From Malacoraja senta (Eukaryota): DNA of 64,000 nucleotides. The notes beneath the pieces are model-generated. The model made no database searches. It saw only the letters and a program-made list of their open reading frames with translations, and had not been told where the DNA came from. The DNA lies in NCBI GenBank assembly GCA_038087875.1, contig CM075991.1:12712001-12776000 (forward strand), in the 5' to 3' direction. Position 1 is the first letter of the stretch, and each line of letters begins with the position of its first letter. Both the position numbers and the translations under genes were made by a program. Below are positions 50,692-62,715 of the stretch, piece after piece.

Positions 50692-51050
50692 AGGCACAGC
50701 CATCTAAGGGTAGTGGACTAGTAATCCAGAGGCCTGGACTAATGATCTGGAGTGCAACAACAAATCCTGCCGTGGTAGCTAGTGAGTCCTAATAATGTTT
50801 ACCAGGTAAATAAATCAACTTCAACTTCTGGATTATTGTTAAAAATCTATTTGGTGGTTGGTGACCATCAAGGAGAGATATCTGTTGTACTTAGTCTGGT
50901 CTTTATGGAATTCTATATCCATAACAATGCAAGTGATTTTTTTTAAATTGCCCTGTGAAATGGCCCTGCAATCTTCTCAGTTCAAGAGCAATTATGTTAG
51001 GACAAACTTTGTCCTTGTTAGTAATGTCTGAATTCCATGAATTTAAAAAA
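50692..51050 (+). mobile_element. Old tRNA-derived SINE
   Basis: GGACTAGTAATCCAGAGGCC head, CAAATCC B-box remnant, TGCCCTGTGAAATGGCC body and A tail; related remnant around 35920-36290. Confidence 0.65.
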
Positions 51051-51677
51051 GATCACCAGCTAACATTAACTGAAAACAGAACTGGCATTTTCAGTCTCTG
51101 TGGTTTCATTTATTTACAGGGATGCTGGGGGCAAAAGTTGTAGTGGGCTTATAGGTCTTACGAAGTATATTTTAAATAATGAATATGAAATTCAAATTTG
51201 TTCAAGTAGCTGCAAGTTTCATTTAGCTGCAGGACAGCAACATAAAATAAAGGAGTGAAGTTACTGACTAGAAATATAAATTTAATCAGTTACTGGATGA
51301 ATTTGCTTTAAACAGCTGCCTGGCCATTTTTTGTTTGAGAATTATTAAGTAAAATTGATTTAACATAAACATGACAACTGAAATGTTCTGACTGCTTCAA
51401 AGCCTTCTGTGCACCAGTCATCACCAACCTTCAATATGCAGACAGAGCTGAGAATTATGTGTACCTTGGCTTTTTATGTTTTCTAATTTATTATAAATGG
51501 GGAAATATGTCTCCTGTCAGATTTTTAACGAATATTTTTACGTCTGTGTGTCATTGTGCTTAAAGAAGATTTGTATTTGTATTGCGATTTGCAAAAGCAA
51601 CATTCAGCACTACCGATAATATTCTTGCAAAGAGCCACAAATTTAAATTATGTATCAGGAAGTTTTAATTTTTTTTA

Positions 51678-51683
51678 AATAAA
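51678..51683 (+). terminator. Candidate distal polyadenylation signal for TMEM150A
   Basis: AATAAA at the end of a long AT-rich tract, followed by TTGTAGTTCCTTTCTTTGTTT; other AATAAA copies exist upstream. Confidence 0.35.
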
Positions 51684-52369
51684 TGTATTTTCAAATGTTG
51701 TAGTTCCTTTCTTTGTTTCCAAGCCTTTGGCACACATGAAATCTGCCGCCACCTGCAGGCAAGGTATGGCATATCCAGGCTGGTGGGGACGGGAGCTGGG
51801 TAAGATCGACAGTGAGGGAGGAACACAGACCTTTGGCCAACTATAGGTAACACAAATGGTGGAGTAACTCAGCGGGACAGGCAGCATCTCTGGAGAACAT
51901 GGATAGGTGACGTTTCCCATTCCTTCTCTTCAGAGATGCTGCTTGTCCCGCAGAGTTACTCCAGCATTTTGTGTCTATCTTCGCATTATGACGATATTTA
52001 TTTTGCTGAATTACATTTTCTTCCCTTTTCTGACAATTTTGCTGGGAAAAATGACAATCAGGTGTTTATATGTTACCTTTAAGCAATCTAAATCAAAACA
52101 AGAAATATATTTCTACTTTGTATTGTTTTGAAAACAATGATTTGTATAATAAATCTTAAGAAGGGTCCCAACGCAAAGTGTCACCGATTCCTTTTCTCCA
52201 GAGATGGTGACTGACCCGCTGAGTTACTCCAGCCTCTTGTGTCTATGTGTGGTATAAACCAGCATCTGTAGATTTATATAAGCAAATATGATGAATCAAT
52301 TCGAGACTGAATTTTAAATAAAGTTGTTAATTTCAAATATTTTTTAAAAAGGTTCCTTTGGGTGCTTCC

Positions 52370-52915
52370 AAAGTCAATACAGCATGGAGGTGGGCACTCC
52401 AGCCCAACTCCTCCGTGCCAACCAAGTTGCCTAACTGAGCTAATCCCACTTGCTTGCACCTGACCCATATTACACCAAACATTTCTTATTCATGTACCTG
52501 TCCCAAGTGTTTTATATGTTATTATTGTACCCACTATCTCTGGCAGCTTGTTCCAAGTATGTATCACCCTCTGTGGAAAAGTTGCCTCTTGTGTCCCATT
52601 TAAATCTTTCCCCTCTCACTTTAAATCTATGCCCTCTAGTTGTTAGATTCTCCTACCCTATCGAAAAGACTGTGGCTATTCACCTTAACTATGGCCCTCA
52701 TTTTATGAACGTTTATAAGGGCAGCCCTCAGCCTCCTTCTGCTCCAGAGAAATAAAGTCCTATCCTATCTGGCCTCTCCTGGTAACTCAAACTCTTCAGT
52801 CATGGTAACGTCCTAGTATCTCTTCCCAGTATAGCAGGGTGAACAGAACCGTACCCAAGACTCCAAATGTGGCCTCGCCAATGCGTGGCACAGTTGCATT
52901 GTGATGCCACAACTG
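52370..52915 (-). mobile_element. Old CR1 3' fragment
   Basis: Degenerate match to 58820-59405. Confidence 0.75.
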
Positions 52916-53449
52916 TTACAGTGAAGCATAGCAGGTAAGGAAATAATGCAAAAAGTTAGATCAAGTTCTGATGTGATGATGTCCAAGGACATAAGAAAGC
53001 AGTCAATTTATATGTGGAGTTGGGAATAGTAAAGAAAAAGCAATGACACTTTAGATAGAATGTGAACATTGTTTTTGCCACCTTTTCCGATTCTGTTAGA
53101 CAAGAATATTGTTGCTAGAAATAATGTTTGTTTTATGTAAAAAGATCTTTAAAATTACAATAAATTCCTTTTAATAAGAACATTACACGTTTGTTCCATA
53201 TGTAACATGATTTCACATGCGAGTGCCAGGCCTGCAATTCCAAGCACAACTCGGCAAACAATCTTTGGAGAAAATGGTCATCATGTGTATCTGTACCTGC
53301 AGGGACTCTGCACAGCACACGTCTGAGAAAGTGTTGGGGAAACTCAGCGGGTGAGGCAGCATCTATGGAGCGAAGGAATAGGTGACGTTTCGGGTCGAGA
53401 CCCTTCTTTAGATATGTCAGATTACTAGTACTGCACTTTTGAGGTTAGA

Positions 53450-54005
53450 CCATAAGAGTATAATTAAGCCATTCGGCCCATTGAGTCTACTCTGCTATTT
53501 GATCATGGTAGGTCTATTTTCCCCCCTCTACTCAATTCTTCTGCCTTCTTGCAATAACCTTTGATTCCCTTACTTCTCCTTAACGAGTCCACAACCCAAG
53601 ATTAGAAATTGTTCAGCCAGAGCTGAGCACACATCTCGGCATCTGCATACAATGGCGTCTTGCGCTTCTCGTGGAAAGATTGGTGGAAATGGGTCTGTGA
53701 CATGAACGCACTTTCCTTGATCCCATTCCCTTACTAACAAAGAACCTATGAATCTTTGCTTGGCCTCCACAGCCATCCACAGTATCAATGAATTCCACAG
53801 ATTCACCACCCTCTGGCTAAAGAAATTCCTCATCTATTCAGAGGCTGCGTCTGGTCCGAGACGCTCCCATTACTGGAAACATTCTTTCCACATCCATTCT
53901 CTATCTATTAATTCCATTATTCGGTAGGTTTCCATGGGATTCAACCCCCCACCCCCCCCTCACTTCATCCTTCTAAACTCCTGCTAGTACAGCCCAGAGC
54001 CGTCA
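53450..54005 (-). mobile_element. CR1 3' fragment with internal insertion
   Basis: [15 protein letters not shown]; tail GCCATTCGGCCCA. Confidence 0.75.
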
Positions 54006-55183
54006 AACACTTCTCAAATATAGTTTACGTTTTAAATAGAGGTACATTTTGACAGGAGGACATTTTTTAAAAATTCATTTTAAATAAATCAACACAAAAA
54101 TGAAAAAAGACATGTTAATAAGAAACACTCAAATAATATACAAAAGAAAAAAAGAAAAATATACAGAAACCTAAAATAAATAAAAATAATAAACAAAAAT
54201 AAAAATTATATTAAAAAAAATAATGATACAATGCAACCCATACCATCAGTCACACATCCCACCCTGGCTAATTAAGAGTGAAGTGTGCACCTACACATAA
54301 CAACATTTAACAAACCAGCCATTGTTAAATGTAGTTATGTGTAGGAGCACTCTTCAGGAGGGAATCTTGGGGGGTTGTACATTTCCAGATAATGTCAATC
54401 AAAGAATGTAAGAAATGTTTGAAACAATTTTTGAGTGATAAATTGAAGTGGGGTGAGAGATGGAAAGTGAAATTGTTATTTCTTATTGTAACCACAGTTA
54501 CTGAAACACATCACTTTATATCAGCCAAACACCAAATATTGTGCAATGGGCATGGTTCTTCAGGCAGTTTCAAAGGAAATAGCAAAACATAAATGTCTCG
54601 CCATGGGAGATGTGATTATGTGTAAAAATGCATTTGTTGAGTATAAATATCACTCCTGAGTGCACCATTCCGTGAGGTACTCAAGCATGTGAAACTGAAA
54701 TGTTCGACCCAAATACCTTCTGCCTTGAGCAAACCACCTACAACACCTCTACGATTCTTTAGACTCATTTGAACGAAAAATGATCGGTTAGATTGCGACT
54801 GAGTGACTAGTGCATGTGCCATCACTTAGCTGAGAACAGAATTGGGTCATTTGTACGAGCCCAATGGAGCAGTTAACTTATATTGGATCAAAGGTAGACA
54901 CAAAATGCTGGAGTAACTCAGCGGGACAGGCAGTTCTTTCCTACACATTATATTGGATCAATCTCCATTTGGTTGAGGTAGTAGAAAGCTGGATGCTTTG
55001 GAGTAATTGCCGTTAACAGATTTGTCACTTTTTTCAGCTGTTGATGGTTCTGTAAACATTTGAAGAATATTTGATTTGAAAACAAAGCTACAGACAATAA
55101 AGATGACACATAAGGGACTTAAATCCTCAGGGAAATTTTTCCCTTGTAACTTAATAGTCTCAGATGTGCCATCTCACCTTGAA

Positions 55184-55460
55184 CACAGCGGTAGAGCTGT
55201 TACCTTACAGCACCAGGGACCCGGGTTCGATCCTGACTATGGATGCTGTCTGTACAGAGTTTGTACGTTCTCTCTGTGACCTGCGTGGATCTCTGGTTTC
55301 CTCCCACACTCACAGGTTTGTAGGTTAATTGGCTTGTTATAAATATAAATTGTCCCTAGTGTGTGTAGGAGATAGTGTTAGCATAGGGGAAATCGCTGGT
55401 CGGCGCGGACTCAGTGGGCTGAAGGGCCTATTTCCTCGCTATATCTCTAAAGTAAACTGA
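55184..55460 (+). mobile_element. HE1/V-SINE
   Basis: CAGCGGTAGAG, B box GGGTTCGATCC, V-domain, GGGCTGAAGGGCCTATTTCC tail. Confidence 0.88.
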
Positions 55461-55918
55461 ACAATGTCAGTGTTTTCTTCTCCTTTTTTTCTTACGACGT
55501 GTACAGCTTGGCTCAATAGGAGGCTAGTTTGGTCTAAGTCAAAAGTGTGTTTGAGACCTAAACTGAATTACATAATCTAGATTAGTACTCAAATGGAGCA
55601 GCAAGTTGGTGTGTGTTTTGGGGAAAGCGTTTCAGTGACAATACAATGCCATAATCACCCATTCCTTCTCTGCAGAGATGCTGCCTGTCCTGCTGAGTTA
55701 CTCCAGCTTTTTGTGTCAATCTTTGCCAGAATTAACTTTTGTGAGCTCTTGACTGATATGATCAGCAAAGTGAAATGGCGCTGCCTGGTGCAATAACCAA
55801 AACATTGCATAAAATGACATCCTCTGCCCTGCACTGCCTCACTAATGTAATAAACAGATGGTTTAACACAGATATTTGTCCATGTGATATTACAGAACAG
55901 GATCGTATAAGAGAAATT

Positions 55919-55937
55919 GTGGCGCCATCTTGTGGCC
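55919..55937 (-). promoter_or_regulatory. Putative CTCF binding site
   Basis: Minus strand GGCCACAAGATGGCGCCAC fits the CTCF core, with CTGCAAC ending 11 nt upstream of CCAC, resembling the upstream motif. Confidence 0.6.
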
Positions 55938-57094
55938 GAGCCATTTGTTGCAGAACATGTTGGAGGCGTCCCTGCATTGCCCAAAGATCATAGAGCGGAC
56001 AGTTTCATGAATCATAGGGTTAACATTTTCTTGCTGCTAAATGACTATAAGGCAAACAGTAACCTTTTAGCCCAAAGACTAACGTACACTATCAACAATG
56101 CTAATAACTCAATAATTACTGCCTTCCAACTGGAAAATGCTATATTTATTCTCGCTCTCTGTTTTCTTTACATTAAGTAAATAACCTGTCCAAAAGCTTT
56201 ACACTGTACCTCGGTACACGTGACAATAAACTATACATCCACTTATCACGGATACCCCTCTTTATCCTTATAACCTCCAAAAACTCTTCACAGATTTGAC
56301 AAACATGATTTCCCTTTCATAAATCCATGAGGACTCTTCCGCATCCTATTATTATTTTGTAAATGGCCTTATATACCATGTTCCTAATTTTTCTGGAATC
56401 TATGGAAATTTGGAGATTTCAACCAGTGCACCACTATAGCCAACTTGGTCTGCAGAATATCGGGTCATTTATTGCCATTCAGATTCATTCATTTTGTTTT
56501 TCTTAATGCTTATTTCTTTCACATTCTCATTCACAACAAAATCCATTGCTCTCCACTATTTTCAGGATGTTTGTGTGTCCTCTATTTAAAGATCGGCACC
56601 AAATAATTTATCTCTCCTTTCCCAAATAATTTATTCTATCTTAACCAATAGGGGCTCAATATTAACCTTAGCAAATAATTGTATTTATCACAGTCTGGCT
56701 ATATGCTTCTCATTTCTTGATTACTCTAAAAATCCCATTTATCTTTAGAAATTTCTCAATGTTCCTTTGGTGAATTCTGAAATATCTTCAGTTCTCAAAC
56801 TAACTGCTCTTTCTAGAAGCACCAGAAATCTTTGATGTAATATTATTTTTCACGTTCGTCATATTGGACTGCATTTCCCATGCTAACTATGTTTTAATTC
56901 TTTACATGTTTGCCATTGCTTATTATACACCATATCTTTCAAGTAATTTTCCAATCTGCTATAGCTTCATATAGTATCATACAACACGGAAACTGGCTAT
57001 TTGGCGCGTCGTACGTGCCATCCAAGATGCCCCATCTAGGCTAGTCTAAATTGCCCACTGCTGGCCCATATCACTCTAAACTATTCCTGTCTGT

Positions 57095-57630
57095 GTACCA
57101 GCATCATCAGAGACCCACACCACCTTGCACACACATTCATTCCTGCCATCGGTAGGGAAGAAGGTACAGGAGCCTGAAAACTGACGTCCAGGTTCAGGAA
57201 CAGTTTCTTCTCTACAGCCACCAGGCTTTTAAACACTAAAGCCTCAAATAAGCTCTGAACTACAAAGACTTTGGGCGAATTGGTTTTGTCTTTTTGCATT
57301 ATTGTTGTTTGTTTTTATATGTATACGATACGATAAACTTTATTCATCAGATGCAAATTGGTCTGTCAAGTCACAAACAAGGTACACAAACATTTGAAAT
57401 TAAGTGAAAAAGAAAAGGATGGCGTATGTGGATATATATATATATATATGTGTGTGTATGTGTATATATATATATGTACATGTGTGTGTATATATATATA
57501 TATATGTGTGTGTTTACTGAACTTATTTTCTCGTTTAAACACAGTGTGCTATGTTTACATATTCTGTTGAGCTGCTGCAAGAGTTTCATTGTTCTATCTG
57601 GGACATATGACAATATGTCAAACACTCTTG
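57095..57630 (+). mobile_element. Rex1/Babar 3' end with embedded TA/TG microsatellite
   Basis: SIIRDPHH...PSVGKKVQ...SRFRNSFFSTATRLLN; tail TGACAAT. Confidence 0.75.
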
Positions 57631-57892
57631 ACCCTTGATGAGTGAACCAGGGAGTTGGGAGTCTGAAGAAGGGATTCGACCTGAAACATCACCCCCATTC
57701 CTTCTTCTCCAGGGTCGGTCTGTCTGTCTGCCTTGTCTCTGCCGTCCCTTCCACCAGAGTTGTGGCTGTGACTGTGACTGAGCCTGAGCCCGCCTTCTCC
57801 TTGGGCTTTGTGGAGGAGGGAGGAGCTGTTGTCCACGACGGGCCTAGCCGGCTCTCAGTCATCCTGAAGCCTGGGAGCGCCGGTGAAATCCA

Positions 57893-57978
57893 ATGGCTTC
57901 GTATTTTGAGGAGCACGACTGCGAGCCGACCAACGCCGAGGAGCAGTACCGACAGAACGCCTTGCTGGAGCTGGCCAG
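57893..57978 (+). CDS. RNF181: RNF181 coding exon 1
   Basis: [12 protein letters not shown]...LLELAR; AG|GTAGTT. Confidence 0.93.
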
Positions 57979-60900
57979 GTAGTTTTAAACTTTAAAACAA
58001 CCTTTACAGCGTGGAGTGAAGCGAATGGAGGGTGGAAATACTTCAGCCAGGCCCCCCGGAGGGAAGCAGGCCTCACGGCCCCCCGGAGGGAAGCAGGCCT
58101 CACGGCCCCCCGGAGGGAAGCAGGCCTCACGGCCCCCCCGGAGGGAAGCAGGCCTCACGGCCCCCCCGGAGGGAAGCAGGCCTCACGGCCCCCCCGGAGG
58201 GAAGCAGGCCTCACGGCCCCCCCGAGGGAAGCAGGCCTCACGGCCCCCCGGAGGGAAGCAGGCCTCACGGCCCCCCCGGAGGGAAGCAGGCCTCACGGCC
58301 CCCCCGAGGGAAGCAGGCCTCACGGCCCCCCGGAGGGAAGCAGGCCTCACGGCCCCCCCGGAGGGAAGCAGGCCTCACGGCCCCCCGCCACAGTGAAATA
58401 AAACACTACTAGTTGGGGAAAGTCACGGCTCGGACAGTAGCTGTGGGCCCATGGCCATTCATTAGAGCTGAGGAATGAAACACATTCTTTATATCCCGGT
58501 AACAGCGCAGAGTGAGTGAACAGCCCCAAAACAATAACATGAAATTGAAAAGAACCAAGAAACAAGGAAAGGAAATGTCTTGGAGAGGTTAATGTGCCTG
58601 GACATTGATTAAATGTCATCAGGGGGGAGTGTGAAGTCACTGCATGCTCTGCTTGTGGCCTTTCACAATTCCATGGGCTCTAGAGGTTTCCACAGGTAAC
58701 TGAGGGAGGGGAAAGAAAGCTGGGGAGTTGGGTTAACAGGAGGTAAAATGCTAGAACTTGTTATAATGGAAATGGTAGCATGGCCCTTTGAGAGTTTCTT
58801 CTATCCAGAGAGGCTGCCTGTCATAGTCATAGAGTGATACTGTGTGGAAACAGGCCCTTCGGCCCAACTTGCCCACACCGGCCAGCATGTCCCAACTACA
58901 CTAGTCCCACCTGCCTGCGTTAGGTCCATATCCCTCTAAACTGGTCCTATCCATGTACCTGTCTACCTGTTTCCTAAACGTTGGATTAGTCCCAGCCTCA
59001 ACCACCTCCTCTGGCAGCTTGTTCCATACACCCACCACCCTTTGTGTGAAAAAGTTACCCCTCAGATTCTTATTAAATCTTTTCCCCTTCACCTTGAACC
59101 CATGTTCTCTGGTCATCGATTCCCCTACTCTGGGCAAGAGATTCTGTGCATCTACCTGATTTATTCCTCTTATGATTTTATACACCTCTATAAGGACACC
59201 CCTCGTCCTCCTACGCTCCAAGCAACAGAGACCCAGCCTACTCAACCTCTCCCTATAGCTCACACCCTCTAGTCCTGGCAACATCCTCGTAATTTTTCTC
59301 TGAACCCTTTCAAGCTTGACAATATCTTTCTTATAACATGGTGCTCAGAACTGAACACAATACTCCAAATGCAGTCTCACCAACATCTTATATAACTGCA
59401 ACATGAGTTGTTGCATCTTCACTATCTGCCTCGCTGAGTTACTCCAGCATTTTGTGTCTACCTTTGAGAGTAGTGTTAGGATATGGGTTATATGCAGGCA
59501 GCTAAGAGTTGGTCTTGGTATTATGTTTGGTGCAGACATTCTGGGCTGAAGGACCTGTTCTTGTGCTGTACTGTTCCCTGTTCTCTGCAAGCCATCTGAG
59601 CTTATAATTTGTCCACCACGACTTCTCTGTTGATTGTAATCTTGCTTCCAAGTCAAGTCACGTTTAATTGTCACATACACATACGAGATGTGCAGTGAAA
59701 TGAAAAGTGGCAATGCTCGCGAATTGTGCTAAAAAAACAAACAAACAAACTACAAACAGAATGGAACAGAATCACATATTCACATATTACATATTTGTGG
59801 GAGGGAAGAAAAAGGGAAAAAACAGCAATTTAAAAAAGACAGCACCCAACAGTAAAATGGTACAGTAAAGTTAGTCCCTGGAGAGATAGGAGTTTACAGT
59901 CTTAATGGCCTCTGGGAAGAAACTCAATCTCATCCTCTCCGTTCGCACAGCATGGCAACGGCAGCGTTTGCCTCCAGTTCCAGTTTGCATCTATGTCTGG
60001 GATGAGGAAGGTCTCGACCCAAAACGTCACCCATTCCTTCTCTCCAGAGATGCTGCCTGTCCAGCTGAGTTTCTCCAACATTTTGTGTTTACCTTCTATG
60101 TTTGGGATGTTACTTTCCAAAATAAATTCTTCACAGCTAATAAAAGTGGTCACTTTCTGAAATATTATCTCCCTATTTCACCTACAGTCACAAAGTATGG
60201 ATCAAAATACTGCAAAAATAAAGTCACACAACATCCAAAGAGGATGGTCTGTGACTACTCAGCTTGTAATCTTTTTCCTGAATTTGTATGCTGGAGTATT
60301 TAATTATTTTCCCTTTTTGCTTGATTGCCTCACTGAAAAACATGCACGTTTATCCTGCCTGTCCAACTCCTACCAAACATTTCACCAGTTTTCTTTCTCC
60401 TTTTTATTCAGTTGCATTTGAAGATTTCTCTTTCTTTAACAAAAAGTCCTCCTCAAAATATGAAGCTTTTTTTCTTCACCCACTCACACAATCAGTCTGA
60501 AAAATAGTCACAACCCAAAACGTCGCCTATCCATGTTCTCCAGAGAAGTTGCTGAACTATTCCAGTACTTTGCCTTTTTTATACTCGTAGGGTCATATAT
60601 AGTCACTAATTGTCATTTGCTAAAACGTACCATTATAAAATAAAGATATTTGTGGACCAGTACCAGATATTTGATATTTTACTAAACAAAGACTATAATT
60701 CTGTGGATTAGTCAGTTGATTTTTGATTAGTTTCAGAATTGGATTAACAAGATAACATCCTTTCTTTGTTGGTTAAAGGTCTCTTTTGGCCGGGATGGAT
60801 CTGGACCTTGGACAGGTAGATTTTTCTGACTGGGAACACAGATTGCCGCCTGCTGCTAAAAAGGAAATTGTAAAAAATCTCCCAACTCTTCCCGTGACAC

Positions 60901-62427
60901 CAGCGCAGGCAGGTAAGTCTTTCAGTTCCAGCGCTGTGTTGTTTGGGATTAGCAGAGTTCATAGTTCAATCTTGTTAAATAATTAACACAATGTTAGGGT
61001 GTGCCTGCTTTTACGAATACTGTATTTTCGAGCTCTACACATGAGGAAGTTGTTGATTTGATCCCGGATATTATAAAGTACGCGCTACTGGAATGATGTG
61101 GTTGCGCTAGAAAAAGTACAGAAGAGATTCTGTGGAATACTTTCATCACAACAAAAGGGTTCACTGCAGGTTTCTCCAGAGCAATGTGTAAATGCAATAA
61201 ATGGGGATACATTAAAAAAAAACGAATTTGATTAATAATCGGGGCCTAAAGAAGTGCATAGTTTTTTTAAAAATTTCTCCAGTGGTGCTGTCAGAGTTGC
61301 TCAATAATTCTTGCTTTTATTTAGGTGAGATATGTCATTAGAGTGTCTTACTAAATGATTCTGTGCTGAAAGGATTATGTCCCTTCATTCAGATAGAGGC
61401 CTCAAGTGCCCAGTTTGCTTGTTAGAATTTGAGGAAGAAGAGACTGTGAAGAAAATGCCTTGTGAACATTTCTTCCATTCTGGTTGCATTGTGCCCTGGT
61501 TAGGAAAGGTAAGTGTTGCTCTCCCTCTCTCTCCTCCCTCTCAAACAGAGACATTGCATTTAATTGTATAATTCATTCCAGTAATTTTTCCCAAGCCTAC
61601 AGTCTCTTATTCTAGTGGGTAGCAAATCAGTAACTTGAGCATCCCTATTCTTGGAGATTTGGAAGGGTTCTATTCTTAACCTTTTCATTTATCTATCAGT
61701 TACCCATTCACATTTTTCCACAGACATCGTCAGTTTACCCAAGTTTGGCCAACATCTTCCTGCCACACTCTGATCAAACTTGCTTGTCATGCAGGGTATA
61801 ACATCACATTCTTGAGATCAGTTTCTGATCCATAGTAAAAGATTTTCCATTTCAAACTTCAAAATGTTATCCAACCATATTTATGTCTAGGCTGGATGAC
61901 CCGCTCAGTTACTCCAGCACTTTGTGTCGTTTTGTTTTAACCAGCATCTGCAGTTCCTTATTTCTACATTGTGACTTACCTTTATGACTATGTCTTACCG
62001 TTTTCATATCATTACTTAATTTTGTTTTATGGAAAGTGGATTAATGATTTTGGGTAATGGCCATTCATTGAAGTCAGGATGCAAATGCTAATAGATTGGT
62101 TTATTTCAAAGGCCCAATTTCCTTTCTTTTTATTTCGAACTTTTTTATCCATGTTTTGTTTCTTGGCATTATCCCTCGCACACCTTTAGGCGCTGTAGGC
62201 ACATTGACTTCCTGAGTTCCTCCCTTAACTGTTTGGTTGACTTTGTCCGTTTGATGGATAAGGAGCTTTTCTCTGCACAACACATTGTTGCATCAATTTG
62301 CTTCAGAAGCTCCCGACTTATTGAAAATTTACATTAGTTTTGTTTCTTGCAGACTAATTCATGCCCTTTATGCCGACTCGAATTGCCCACAGACAATGAA
62401 GAGTATGAAGAGTACAAGCAAGAAAAG
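57893..62427 (+). CDS. RNF181: E3 ubiquitin ligase RNF181 (RING-H2), exons 1-4; last exon outside window
   Basis: Exons 57893-57978, 60779-60912, 61393-61508, 62353-62427: [138 protein letters not shown]3H2C3 RING intact. Confidence 0.95.
58050..58387. repeat. Minisatellite in RNF181 intron 1 (12 copies of a 27-28 bp unit)
   Basis: Unit GGCCCCCC(C)GGAGGGAAGCAGGCCTCAC; copies differ only in C/G run length. Confidence 0.96.
58820..59405 (-). mobile_element. CR1/HER1-type 3' fragment in RNF181 intron 1
   Basis: [19 protein letters not shown]...[17 protein letters not shown]...GRWD*. Confidence 0.92.
59650..59975 (-). mobile_element. Rex1/Babar 3' end
   Basis: Minus strand [18 protein letters not shown]; tail TGTGACAATTAAAC + (TTGAC)n. 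Confidence 0.7.
60779..60912 (+). CDS. RNF181: RNF181 coding exon 2
   Basis: SLLAGMD...[19 protein letters not shown]...; TTAAAG| and G|GTAAGT. Confidence 0.92.
61393..61508 (+). CDS. RNF181: RNF181 coding exon 3
   Basis: [43 protein letters not shown]| and AAG|GTAAGT. Confidence 0.94.
62353..62427 (+). CDS. RNF181: RNF181 coding exon 4
   Basis: [31 protein letters not shown]| and AAG|GTAAGA. Confidence 0.94.
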
Positions 62428-62715
62428 GTAAGATGAGAAAAATACTGCAGTTATTGAAGACGTGGAAAAAAATAAACTGCAGGAAATACCATAGATCGGA
62501 TGTTCACTGCAGGCGGTGATGATTTTTCTAGTCAATTAACTTTCATAAGAAATGCAAAGTTAGAATTCTTATGCAGATGGAGAACTGGAGGCAAGATTAA
62601 GAGATAGAAACAACAAAAGATTTGTGATAGAGCGGAATTCATATGAGGATGAATGATGACAGGGATTAATGGCGCAATATAAAATGGGGCGGCAATGGAA
62701 CAAATAATTAAACAA

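Noticed and set aside
54060..54240. Long A-rich tract
   Set aside because: Low complexity, probably a decayed retroelement UTR; family could not be assigned.
57855..58412. Repetitive 91-126 aa ORFs and a CRISPR-like look
   Set aside because: Head-to-tail minisatellite with no unique spacers and no cas genes, in a vertebrate intron.
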